Shown piece after piece: positions 9,516 through 17,744 of a stretch of DNA of 32,000 nucleotides. Position numbers and translations under genes: made by a program. The stretch is from NCBI GenBank assembly GCA_028279805.1, contig JANQMZ010000007.1:300001-332000 (forward strand). Direction: 5' to 3'. The notes below the pieces were generated by a model that was not told the origin of the DNA, searched no databases, and worked only from the letters and a program-made list of their open reading frames with translations. Source of the DNA: an archaeon (GTDB taxonomy: Archaea; Iainarchaeota; Iainarchaeia; Iainarchaeales; JANQMZ01). Each line of letters starts with the position of its first letter. Within the stretch, counting starts at the first letter, position 1.

Positions 9516-9523
9516 TTATAAAT
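9516..9523 (+). promoter_or_regulatory. TATA-like box TTATAAAT for pyrG
   Basis: An A-rich BRE-like GAAAAAAG (9502-9509) lies upstream. A GGGGGG SD-like site at 9574-9579 precedes TTG 9585. Confidence 0.3.
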
Positions 9524-9584
9524 GTGTTTAACCCCAGAATTAGTCTGTTTGTAGTAGTTTTTACCCTTTACCGGGGGGAACATA

Positions 9585-11291
9585 TTGGGTTCATTTAAAA
9601 GCAGCAAGATAATTGAAAGTGTGTCAAAAAAAATGGCAGAAGAATTTTACTCACCTCTGCCGAAAGGCTATAAAAAAGGAAAAACAAAATTTGTCATTGT
9701 AACAGGCAGCGTAATTTCAGGTTTGGGCAAAGGAATGATTACAAGTTCTTTATGCAAGCTTTTTGCAGACCGCGGATTAAAAGTTGAACCAATGAAACTG
9801 GAGGCATATTTGAATGTTGATGCCGGAACATTAAGTCCTTTCAGGCATGGGGAAGTTTTTGTTTTGGATGACGGTTATGAAACGGATATGGATATGGGTT
9901 CATATGAAAGATTTGTTGACAAAAATCTGACAAAAGATTCTTTTGTTACATCTGGAAGAATTTACAAGCAAATGATTGAAAAGGAAAGAAAAGGCGGTTA
10001 TCTTGGAAGAGATGTTCAGTTTGTTCCGCATGTAACAGGGGAAATAAAAAAAATTGTAAGAAATCTGGCAGTGCAAAGCAAGGCAGACATTGTTTTAATT
10101 GAGGTTGGAGGAACAGTCGGAGATTATGAGAATATGTTTGCATTGGAAGCATTAAGACAGCTTGTTTATGAGGAAGGGAAGCAAAATTCGTGTTTTATTA
10201 ATGCAACCTATATTATTGAACCAAAATCTTTAGGCGAACATAAAAGCAAAGCAGCACAACTTGGTTTAAAAAATCTGATGAGCATTGGAATAATGCCTCA
10301 CATTGTTATCTGCAGGAGTATTACAAAAATTCCTCAAAAAATCAGGGAAAAAATTTCAATGAACAGCGGAATTCCTGTTGAAAATGTTATTGGAATGGAG
10401 GATATTGACGGCATTTATGAACTGCCATTGGAATTGAGGAAAAGAGGATTGGACGAACTTGTTTTGGAAAAATTAAAACTTGGCAAAAAGTTTAAGGCAA
10501 ATGACAAAAAATTAATTGAATGGACAAAACAGAATTCTGTTTCAAAAAATGCTCCAATTGTCAAAATAGGAATAGCAGGCAAATACACCGGCTTAAAAGA
10601 TTCTTATATCAGCATTTTAAAAGCATTAGAGCATTGTGAAGGAAAATTAAACAAAAAAGTTGAAATTGAATGGATTAATACACGATTGTTAGGCAAAGGA
10701 AACTTAAAAGAAAAAAAGAAGTTAAAAAAATTAAACGGAATAATTGTGCCGGGCGGATTCGGAAAAGACGGAATTGAAGGAAAAATAATGGTTGCAGAAT
10801 ATTGCAGAAAAAACAATGTTCCGTATCTTGGATTATGTTTAGGTTTTCAGATAGCATTAATTGAAATAGCCAGAAATGTTGCAAAAATAAAAAATGCAAA
10901 TTCAACAGAATTTGAATCAAACCCTGAAAATCCTGTAATTGACCCATTGGAAGAAACAAAAAAAATTGAAGGGTTAGGCGGAACAATGAGACTGGGAGGC
11001 AAAAATGTTGAAATAAAAAAAGGAACAAAAGCTTACAGGTTACATGGAAACAAAAACAAAATAAGGCGGAGATTCAGGCACAGGTTTGAATGCAACCCTG
11101 ATTATATTGAAACGTTTGAAAATTCTGGTGTAATGTTTTCAGGAAAAGCTCCAAAATTACCAATAATGCAAATACTTGAAATTCCAAAACACAAATTTTT
11201 TATGGGAACACAGTTTCACCCGGAATTTACTTCACGACCTTTAAACCCTGATCCCATATTTTTAGAATTTGTAAGGCAGGCGGGAAAATGA
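9585..11291 (+). CDS. pyrG: CTP synthase
   Basis: N-terminal synthase domain VTGSVISGLGKG and C-terminal glutamine amidotransferase domain with the LGLCLGFQ nucleophile elbow. TTG 9585 has an SD-like G-run 5 nt upstream; alternative ATG at 9633. Confidence 0.93.
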   Translation: MGSFKSSKIIESVSKKMAEEFYSPLPKGYKKGKTKFVIVTGSVISGLGKGMITSSLCKLFADRGLKVEPMKLEAYLNVDAGTLSPFRHGEVFVLDDGYETDMDMGSYERFVDKNLTKDSFVTSGRIYKQMIEKERKGGYLGRDVQFVPHVTGEIKKIVRNLAVQSKADIVLIEVGGTVGDYENMFALEALRQLVYEEGKQNSCFINATYIIEPKSLGEHKSKAAQLGLKNLMSIGIMPHIVICRSITKIPQKIREKISMNSGIPVENVIGMEDIDGIYELPLELRKRGLDELVLEKLKLGKKFKANDKKLIEWTKQNSVSKNAPIVKIGIAGKYTGLKDSYISILKALEHCEGKLNKKVEIEWINTRLLGKGNLKEKKKLKKLNGIIVPGGFGKDGIEGKIMVAEYCRKNNVPYLGLCLGFQIALIEIARNVAKIKNANSTEFESNPENPVIDPLEETKKIEGLGGTMRLGGKNVEIKKGTKAYRLHGNKNKIRRRFRHRFECNPDYIETFENSGVMFSGKAPKLPIMQILEIPKHKFFMGTQFHPEFTSRPLNPDPIFLEFVRQAGK

Positions 11292-11944
11292 TTGGAAAAT
11301 TCAGAAAAAAAATAAAACCTTTTTCAATGATGTTAGCAAAGCCTTTTGCATTGCTTGGAATTCATCCCAATATTGTTTCAATGCTTGCAATTCCTTTATC
11401 AGTTTTAGCTGTTTATTTTATTTTAATTGACAACGCAATAACAGGATTTGTATTTGCATTGCTTGCAGTGTCAATGGATTTGATTGACGGTTCAGTTGCA
11501 GAATTAACAAAAAAGAAAACAAATTTTGGAAACTATTTTGAAACAATGATAGACAAATATGTTGAAGTTATCCTGCTTTTGCCTTTGCTGGTGATTTTTC
11601 CGCTGCAAACATTTCTGGCATTAGGATTTGGGTTGATTGAAAGCTATGCAAAACCAAGAGCAGCATTAGTTGTTGTTGCCGATAACAAGGACTGGCCTGC
11701 AATAGGAGAACATGCTGAAAGAATAATATTAATACTGGCTTCAATAGGCGTTTTGATTTTTCACCCCAACCTGGATCTGGCGTTATATTACAGTTCTTTA
11801 ATAATGTGGTTGCTGGTAATAATAACATTTGTAGGCGGGATTCAAAGAATTTTCTACGCAAGAAATCTTATACATAATGCTGAAAAATCGGGAAAAATTT
11901 TACCATATTTAAAAATAAAAAAAACAAGGAGGAAAAAAAAATGA
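11288..11944 (+). CDS. CDP-alcohol phosphatidyltransferase family protein
   Basis: Multi-TM protein with DLIDGSVAE...GNYFETMIDKYVE, which fits the D-x2-D-G-x2-A-R...G-x3-D-x3-D family motif with substitutions. ATGA overlap with pyrG. Confidence 0.75.
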   Translation: MIGKFRKKIKPFSMMLAKPFALLGIHPNIVSMLAIPLSVLAVYFILIDNAITGFVFALLAVSMDLIDGSVAELTKKKTNFGNYFETMIDKYVEVILLLPLLVIFPLQTFLALGFGLIESYAKPRAALVVVADNKDWPAIGEHAERIILILASIGVLIFHPNLDLALYYSSLIMWLLVIITFVGGIQRIFYARNLIHNAEKSGKILPYLKIKKTRRKKK

Positions 11945-12267
11945 TTTCATTTAAAGATTTTTCAAAAGTTGAAATGAAAGCTGCCAAAATTAAAAAAGTT
12001 GAGGACATTGAAGGAAAAGACAGGCTTTACCTGTTACATATTAATGTTGGCGGTGATGACAACAGGACAATGTTGTCAGGAATTAAAGAATTTTATTCAA
12101 AAGAAGAATTAACAGGAAAAACTGTTGCCGTTGTTTCCAACCTGGAACCAATGAAAATAGGGGAAAATGAAAGCCAGGCAATGGTGCTGGCTGCAAAAAA
12201 CAGCAAAAATGAATACAAAGTTGTTTTTCTGGATGAATCAATTGAACCGGGAACAAAATTAGAGTAA
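11941..12267 (+). CDS. stand-alone tRNA-binding (Trbp111/CsaA/EMAP-II-like OB-fold) domain protein
   Basis: 108 aa. The pattern F.K.....A.I..VE.I...D.L......G....R...SGI...Y..EEL.GK.V..V.NL.P is typical of this domain. ATGA overlap with the upstream gene. Confidence 0.75.
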   Translation: MISFKDFSKVEMKAAKIKKVEDIEGKDRLYLLHINVGGDDNRTMLSGIKEFYSKEELTGKTVAVVSNLEPMKIGENESQAMVLAAKNSKNEYKVVFLDESIEPGTKLE

Positions 12268-13416
12268 TGTTGCAATAAAAGCAAATCCTAAAATTGTTCC
12301 GATTGTTGAACCAATGTTTGTAAACGCTGTTACGAGTAAAATTTTTGTAACCCTGTTTTTGTTAAAATCCGAATAAGATTCCAATTCTGACAATGTTTCA
12401 AAATCTTTAACCTGCGGCATGGAAATTTTTGCCTCTGTTAATCCTGCAAACCATCCGGCTGCCAGAGCAGGATGCAATGAAGTTAAAGGTGAAGCCAAAA
12501 AAGCGGTTATAATTGATTTCCAGTGAGCTCTTGCTATTAAAGCGCCTAAAGCTGACAACGAACCATTAATTATTATCCAGTAAAACAAAATATTCAAAGT
12601 TGTTTCAAAGCCTTTGAAATAAAAACCCCAGCCAATTGCCAGAACAAAAATTAAAGGAACAACAAATTTTAAAAATCTTAAAACAGATGCTTTTTTTGGA
12701 ATTGTATTTAATTCTGAAATGTTTCTTTTTTTATTCAAATATTTTTTTATTCCGCTTAAATGCCCGGCACCTACAACTGCAACAATTTTTTCAGCTTTAA
12801 CAGCCAAAATCATGTTGGCAATAAACATATCCCTTTCATTAACCAAAACATTGGATACTGATGGCAGTTCTTTTGACAGTTCCTGCATTAACTGATTCAT
12901 TACATCTTTTTGTTTTAATTTTTCAACTTTTTCAGCTGTTAATTCTTCTCCAAATCCGAAAAAAGACAATAAAACAATCCAGAACAGTTTTAGTTTTTCA
13001 AAAAAAGGCATTTTAGCCAGAGCTCTTTTTAATGTAACTCTGACATCCCTGTCAAGCAAAACAATTGGAATTTTTTCTTTTTTAGCCAGGTCAACAGCTT
13101 TTTTCATTTCCGCACCGGGCAAAACTCCGACTTGTTTTCCCAGTTTTTTCTGAATGTTTGAAAGCAACAGGTTTAACAAAAGCAGGTAAGTTTTTCCGCC
13201 GCGTATTACCTCCAAAATATTCATTTGTCTCCATTTTTTTGGAGACTGTAATTGCTGCAATCTTGCCAAATCCAATTCTACACCTATAACATCAGGCTTT
13301 TCTTCTGTAATAGTCTTTTCAACAAGTTCAACGCTTTGTTTGCTTATATGTGCGGTTCCAATAAGCACAATTTCCTTGTTTTCATATTTTAATTTTTCAA
13401 CTTCAACATCAGACAT
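12259..13416 (-). CDS. TraB-family protein with C-terminal membrane domain
   Basis: IVLIGTAHISKQSVELV...PDVIGVELD is the N-terminal TraB/PrgY-type signature. The C-terminal third is hydrophobic. Confidence 0.8.
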   Translation of the reverse strand: MSDVEVEKLKYENKEIVLIGTAHISKQSVELVEKTITEEKPDVIGVELDLARLQQLQSPKKWRQMNILEVIRGGKTYLLLLNLLLSNIQKKLGKQVGVLPGAEMKKAVDLAKKEKIPIVLLDRDVRVTLKRALAKMPFFEKLKLFWIVLLSFFGFGEELTAEKVEKLKQKDVMNQLMQELSKELPSVSNVLVNERDMFIANMILAVKAEKIVAVVGAGHLSGIKKYLNKKRNISELNTIPKKASVLRFLKFVVPLIFVLAIGWGFYFKGFETTLNILFYWIIINGSLSALGALIARAHWKSIITAFLASPLTSLHPALAAGWFAGLTEAKISMPQVKDFETLSELESYSDFNKNRVTKILLVTAFTNIGSTIGTILGFAFIATLL

Positions 13417-14094
13417 TTAATCATCCTTGTCTTCAATCAAATCCCATTTGGCAAGCTGTGTTAAAAAATGAACTTTTTGGGGTGCTTGTCTGCCTGAAAA
13501 AACTGCTTTGCCTTTTTTCATTAACCTGCGGGCTTCTTCCAAATCATCAGTGTCAACTTCAATGAAAGCATTGCCAATTTCATTTGGAGTATGAGAATCT
13601 GAACCGGCAGTAAAAGGCAAGCTGTTTTTTTCAATAATTTTTTTAGCATGATTGTTAAAAATTTTTAACTGGCATCTTGCATTGAATATTTCAAACGCGT
13701 CAACTTTTTTTTTCATTGCCTCAAACCATTCTTTTTTTCTGAACTCGGGGCTTCTCAGCCTGTCAAAAGGATGAACAATTGTTACAAAAGCATCCTGTTC
13801 CCTGAGTTTGTCCAAAACTTCCCAAACGTTTCCCCGTGGAATCTCTTCATTCATGAACAAGCCGACAAATTCTCCTAAAAATTTTCCGTTTTCTTCAACT
13901 TTTATTTCTTCACCCAAAATTGCGTCATGCTTAAATTCTCTTGCATAATTTGAAATGTCCTTCCAAGCTCCCGTGTTGTTGTGGTCGGTTACCGCAACAA
14001 CCACATCCTTTTCTTTTGAAATTCTGACAAGATTTTTTGGAATAGTTATAGCATCATGAGAATGATGAGTATGATTATGCAAATCCAGTTTCAT
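13417..14094 (-). CDS. PHP-domain metal-dependent phosphoesterase
   Basis: MKLDLHNHTHHSHDA start, later VTDHN and GSDSH motifs. AGGTG lies 6 nt upstream of ATG 14094; the track's TTG extension to 14157 has no such site. Confidence 0.85.
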   Translation of the reverse strand: MKLDLHNHTHHSHDAITIPKNLVRISKEKDVVVAVTDHNNTGAWKDISNYAREFKHDAILGEEIKVEENGKFLGEFVGLFMNEEIPRGNVWEVLDKLREQDAFVTIVHPFDRLRSPEFRKKEWFEAMKKKVDAFEIFNARCQLKIFNNHAKKIIEKNSLPFTAGSDSHTPNEIGNAFIEVDTDDLEEARRLMKKGKAVFSGRQAPQKVHFLTQLAKWDLIEDKDD

Positions 14095-14192
14095 AAAAGG
14101 CACCTGATAAGTAAAAAAACACCAAATTTGTTTTAAATAGGTATTGAATTTAAGCAAAATTATAAAATAAAAGAAAATATTTTATATTAAAC

Positions 14193-14699
14193 ATGAGAAA
14201 ACCAAGAAAAAATAATGCAAAAATTGCTTTAGTCAAAAGAAGACAAAGCAGCATTTACCGGGAGGAAAAAGTGCCCATTAGCTCGTTGAGATCTGTTAAA
14301 TCAAACCAGCCTCTTGAAGCCGGAGATTTAGTGCATGTCAGAGTTTCCCATCCGAATCCAGAAGCAGGTTTTAGTTATGAGTTAGAGAGAACCTTTTTGG
14401 AAAAACTTTTAGGAAAACCTAAAAGTACAATAATATACCCAAAAAGAGGAGATTTTATTGGATTTTATGAACAGGATGGAACAATAGTGGTTCATGGTTT
14501 CCAAGCAAGAGATGAAAAAGGCGGATTTTTTACAGTTGTCAAGGCTTCTTCTAGATTGATGAGAATAAGAGTTTTAACTCCGGAAGAATATGCTAAAATT
14601 GATGCAGAAAAATTGAGAAAAGAAAGGAAAAAAGGTAGGGAAAATTTCTATAGAAGACTGGTAATGGGAAGAATTCAAAGAGTTGAATTTGTTGAATGA
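14193..14699 (+). CDS. hypothetical basic protein
   Basis: 168-aa ORF with a Lys/Arg-rich N-terminus and C-terminus, no Cys, and no recognisable motif. Confidence 0.5.
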   Translation: MRKPRKNNAKIALVKRRQSSIYREEKVPISSLRSVKSNQPLEAGDLVHVRVSHPNPEAGFSYELERTFLEKLLGKPKSTIIYPKRGDFIGFYEQDGTIVVHGFQARDEKGGFFTVVKASSRLMRIRVLTPEEYAKIDAEKLRKERKKGRENFYRRLVMGRIQRVEFVE

Positions 14700-14701
14700 A
14701 A

Positions 14702-15874
14702 TTAGTTTAACCCGCAGGCTTTTCTTAAAGCTTTAATTTTGTCAGTTTTTTCCCAGGTAAACTCTGATTCTTTTCTGCCAAAATGACCATAACAAGAAGT
14801 TTTTGAAAAAATTGGCCTTAACAAATTTAATTCTTTTATTATGCCTCCCGGGGACAAAGCAAAATTTTTCAAAACAGCTTTATGAATTTTTTTAACAGAA
14901 ACATTATTTGTGCCGAATGTATCAATAAAAACAGATAAAGGTTTTTTTGAACCGATAACATAGGATAATTGAACATCACATTTTTGAGCAAGCTTTGCTG
15001 CAACAATATTTTTGGCAATATGCCTTGCCTGATAAGCAGCAGACCTGTCCACTTTGGACGGGTCTTTTCCTGAAAAAGCGCCTCCACCATGAGAACCCAT
15101 GCCCCCATAAGTGTCAACAATAATTTTTCTGCCCGTGCAACCCGCATCAGCAACCGGCCCTCCAATGACAAACCTGCCGGTATTATTAATAAAATATTTT
15201 GTTTTATTGTCAATATATTTTTGACACACAGGCCTGATTACCTTGTTTAAAATATCTTTTCTTAATTTTGACATTAAAACATTTGAATCATGCTGTGCTG
15301 CCACAACAATGCTTGAAATTCTTTTAGGCTTGTTATTTTGATATTCAACTGTTACCTGTGTTTTGCCGTCAGGGCGCAAATAAGGCAAAGTTTTGTTTTT
15401 TCTCACCTGAGCCAAATGTTTTGCAAGTTTTTGGGCCACCATTATGGGCAAAGGCATTAATTCAGGTGTTTCATTTGCTGCAAAACCTGACATCATGCCC
15501 TGGTCTCCAGCACCAACGTCATGTTTTTCTTTTTTTGAATTAACACCTAAAGCAATATCAGGGCTTTGTTCGCTGATGCTTGTTAAAATTCCCACCGAAT
15601 TATAATCAAAACCATATTCCGGTTTTGTATAACCAATTTTTTTCAAAGTTTTTTTTGCAATTTCCGCAGCATTAAAAGAAGCTTTTGTTGAAATTTCCCC
15701 TGTTATTAGAATAAAACCGTTTCCTGCAACAGTTTCACATGCAACCCTGCCATGCTTGTCCTGTTTTAAAATTTCATCCAGAACAGCATCGGAAAGCTGG
15801 TCACAAACCTTGTCAGGATGCCCTTCAGTCATAGCCTCAGATGTAAAAGAATAAGTTAAGCCGCTTTGCCTCAT
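14702..15874 (-). CDS. metK: S-adenosylmethionine synthetase, bacterial/eukaryotic type
   Basis: TEGHPDKVCDQLSDAVLD, GAGDQGMM and GGGAFSGKD signature blocks. AGGTGA Shine-Dalgarno site upstream. Confidence 0.95.
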   Translation of the reverse strand: MRQSGLTYSFTSEAMTEGHPDKVCDQLSDAVLDEILKQDKHGRVACETVAGNGFILITGEISTKASFNAAEIAKKTLKKIGYTKPEYGFDYNSVGILTSISEQSPDIALGVNSKKEKHDVGAGDQGMMSGFAANETPELMPLPIMVAQKLAKHLAQVRKNKTLPYLRPDGKTQVTVEYQNNKPKRISSIVVAAQHDSNVLMSKLRKDILNKVIRPVCQKYIDNKTKYFINNTGRFVIGGPVADAGCTGRKIIVDTYGGMGSHGGGAFSGKDPSKVDRSAAYQARHIAKNIVAAKLAQKCDVQLSYVIGSKKPLSVFIDTFGTNNVSVKKIHKAVLKNFALSPGGIIKELNLLRPIFSKTSCYGHFGRKESEFTWEKTDKIKALRKACGLN

Positions 15875-16059
15875 AAACTCACCTAATTTTTATCAATAGG
15901 GCTAAAAAACGCTTAATAAGGTTTTGGTGCAAATCTGGTTTAATTAAAAGAATTTTAATGCTTTTTTTAGAAAAAAATTTATTAATAAGTTTTCATATTA
16001 TTTCTACAACAAAATTTGATTATAATAACAGTATTTGACATGTTTTCGGGGATTTTTTA

Positions 16060-16863
16060 ATGACAACTAATTTGTTAATGTGCAAGCCGGATTTTTTTAA
16101 AGTAAGTTATGAGATTAATCCGTGGATGCATGTTTACAATAAGGTAAACGAAAAAGTTGCATTAGAACAATGGGAAACTGTTGTTCAGAATCTTGAAAAT
16201 TTGAATGTAAAAATTGATTTGATTGAACAGGACAAAAACTTGCCTGATGAAGTGTTTACAGCAAACTTCGGAGTTGCTTTTAATAAAAAATTTTTAGCAA
16301 GCAATTTTAAATATGAGGAAAGGCAGCCTGAAAAAACAGAAGCAATTGAATGGTTTCAAAAAAACACAGATTATGATGTTGTGGAATTGCCTGAAAAATT
16401 TGAATTTGAAGGAAAAGGGGACATGCTTTATTCAAAAAATACGGCTGTTATTGCAAATGGTTACAGAACATCGGATGAAGCCATTAACCACATAAAAAAC
16501 ATTTTTCCGGAATTTAAAAAATATGTAAGAGTAAAATTAATCAACCCTAATTTTTACCATCTGGATACATGTTTTTCTTTTTTAAATGAAAAAACAATAA
16601 TGTTTTACCCGGAAGCATTTGAAAAAGAACAAGCACAACAATTTTATGAAATTACAGAAAATGTAATTGAAATAAGCAAAGAAGATGCTGAATATTTTGC
16701 ATGCAACAATGTAACGGTTAAAAATAAAATTTTGTTAAACAAAGCAAGCCAGGATTTACAGGACAAATTAAACAGTTACGGATTTGAACCAATTTTTTGC
16801 CCCACAAGCGAATTCATGAAAGCCGGCGGATCAATAAGATGCATGGTACTGGATTTAGACTAA
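16060..16863 (+). CDS. amidinotransferase-fold enzyme (arginine deiminase / DDAH-like)
   Basis: N-terminal LLMCKPDFFKVSYEINPWM and C-terminal GGSIRCMVL (catalytic Cys context) are typical of the guanidino-group-modifying enzyme superfamily. Confidence 0.7.
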   Translation: MTTNLLMCKPDFFKVSYEINPWMHVYNKVNEKVALEQWETVVQNLENLNVKIDLIEQDKNLPDEVFTANFGVAFNKKFLASNFKYEERQPEKTEAIEWFQKNTDYDVVELPEKFEFEGKGDMLYSKNTAVIANGYRTSDEAINHIKNIFPEFKKYVRVKLINPNFYHLDTCFSFLNEKTIMFYPEAFEKEQAQQFYEITENVIEISKEDAEYFACNNVTVKNKILLNKASQDLQDKLNSYGFEPIFCPTSEFMKAGGSIRCMVLDLD

Positions 16864-16908
16864 AGCAAAGCCGGATTAATTCGATTTCTATCAAATAATA
16901 CAGGAATT

Positions 16909-17100
16909 GCGAGCAAAGCGAGCCAGTCTGATCATATTGTATAGTGGCAACCTGCGTGCTATTTAACAGCAAAACTTGCGTCAAAGGCGCCAATCCCAAC
17001 GCAGTTGGGATGTTCGTAGCCGGAACACCGGCTTTTTGCGCCCCAAGACGCCAGTGCCACTGAAAGTGGCACGACCCATAGCCGCGGTCAGGCGGCTTTT
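16909..17100. ncRNA. GC-rich structured RNA candidate, family unassigned, strand unresolved
   Basis: The core 16978-17100 is 75/123 G+C by hand count, against about 30% in a nearby coding sample. It has four perfect hairpins plus an enclosing two-segment helix (coordinates in findings). It lies in a 323-bp non-coding gap. Confidence 0.5.
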
Positions 17101-17117
17101 CACTTTGTCCCGTTAAC

Positions 17118-17134
17118 CAAAAAGTATTTAAATA
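17118..17134 (+). promoter_or_regulatory. BRE (CAAAAAG) + TATA box (TATTTAAATA) for the surface-protein operon
   Basis: Archaeal-type promoter about 60 nt upstream of ATG 17196. GGAGGG at 17180-17185 serves as SD. Confidence 0.45.
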
Positions 17135-17195
17135 ACATAGGCAGCAATAGTTACAACGTAATGTTATCAAATGAATACTGGAGGGTTTGTCTGTA

Positions 17196-17744
17196 ATGAG
17201 ATTTTTGTTGGCTTTTCTGGCTTTATTGCTTGTTTTTGGCAATGCTGCTGCATTCTCCCAAAATGATGTTTTGACACCCGGCAACATTTTTGTCGGTTCA
17301 GAAGTCAAAAATGTTACAATTACTGTTTCAAACGATTCATCTGTTGACAAGGATTTGGAACTGGGATTTATTGGCCCGAGAAATATTACTGTGGACTTTT
17401 TGAACGCTCCGGTCAAGATTGAGTCATTTGACTCTGTTGATATTACAATGAGAATCATTCCGGATGAAGAACCAAAACACACATCTTACAAGTCAACTTT
17501 AACGGTTTCATTGGGTGATGAGGTTGTTAACAGGCAGGTTAAAATAATTTTTGTCAACAAGGACGGGCAAACAGGGAATGCTGAACCTGGTTTGAATAAT
17601 CCGGGAACAGGTTTTTTCAGTTTTTTTTCACTGGAAGAATTTGGTTTGGAAAATTTTGGTTATACTGACCTGATTTTGACAATTATTGCAGTTGCTTTGA
17701 TTGCATTAGTCATAATTAAATTAAAAGAGCGTGGTGAAAAATGA
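17196..17744 (+). CDS. small surface protein: signal peptide, one Ig-like (CARDB/NEW3-like) domain, C-terminal TM anchor
   Basis: MRFLLAFLALLLVFGNAAA signal peptide and a C-terminal LILTIIAVALIALVII-KLKERGEK anchor. ATG 17196 is preferred over TTG 17187 because of SD spacing. Confidence 0.75.
   Translation: MRFLLAFLALLLVFGNAAAFSQNDVLTPGNIFVGSEVKNVTITVSNDSSVDKDLELGFIGPRNITVDFLNAPVKIESFDSVDITMRIIPDEEPKHTSYKSTLTVSLGDEVVNRQVKIIFVNKDGQTGNAEPGLNNPGTGFFSFFSLEEFGLENFGYTDLILTIIAVALIALVIIKLKERGEK

Noticed and set aside
7423-15874. Using elevated GC alone to call the LamG gene, the 14193 ORF and metK horizontally transferred
   Set aside because: My hand counts on single 60-nt samples (29/60, 27/60, 30/60) are too small to be conclusive, and these proteins are rich in Gly/Ala/Thr/Pro codons. 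Composition is therefore mentioned only as a weak hint.
17054-17072. tRNA interpretation of the GTGCCAC-TGAAA-GTGGCAC hairpin, which can be drawn with 7-nt anticodon-like loops (CUUUCAG on minus = UUC/Glu; CUGAAAG on plus = GAA/Phe), including a possible split or intron-containing tRNA
   Set aside because: On the minus strand a D-arm-like GACC...GGUC can be drawn. However, I found no T-arm (no GTTCRANYC-like loop with flanking stem) and no 7-bp acceptor pairing on either strand. The evidence is insufficient.
16909-17100. Assignment of the GC-rich block to SRP RNA, RNase P RNA or 5S rRNA
   Set aside because: Several diagnostic motifs are absent: the GGAA tetraloop followed by GGRAGCA (SRP helix 8), GAGGAAAGUCC / ACAGAA (RNase P P4), and CCGAAC...GAAGUUAAGC (5S). 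The partial strings GGUCAGG and CCAUAGC look coincidental. The block is also shorter than a typical ~300-nt archaeal SRP RNA.
16814-17482. 222-aa minus-strand ORF spanning the intergenic GC-rich block
   Set aside because: It runs antisense through the start of the well-supported surface-protein gene and straight across the hairpin-rich GC island. The peptide has no signal peptide or recognisable motif. It is best explained as an accidental open frame.
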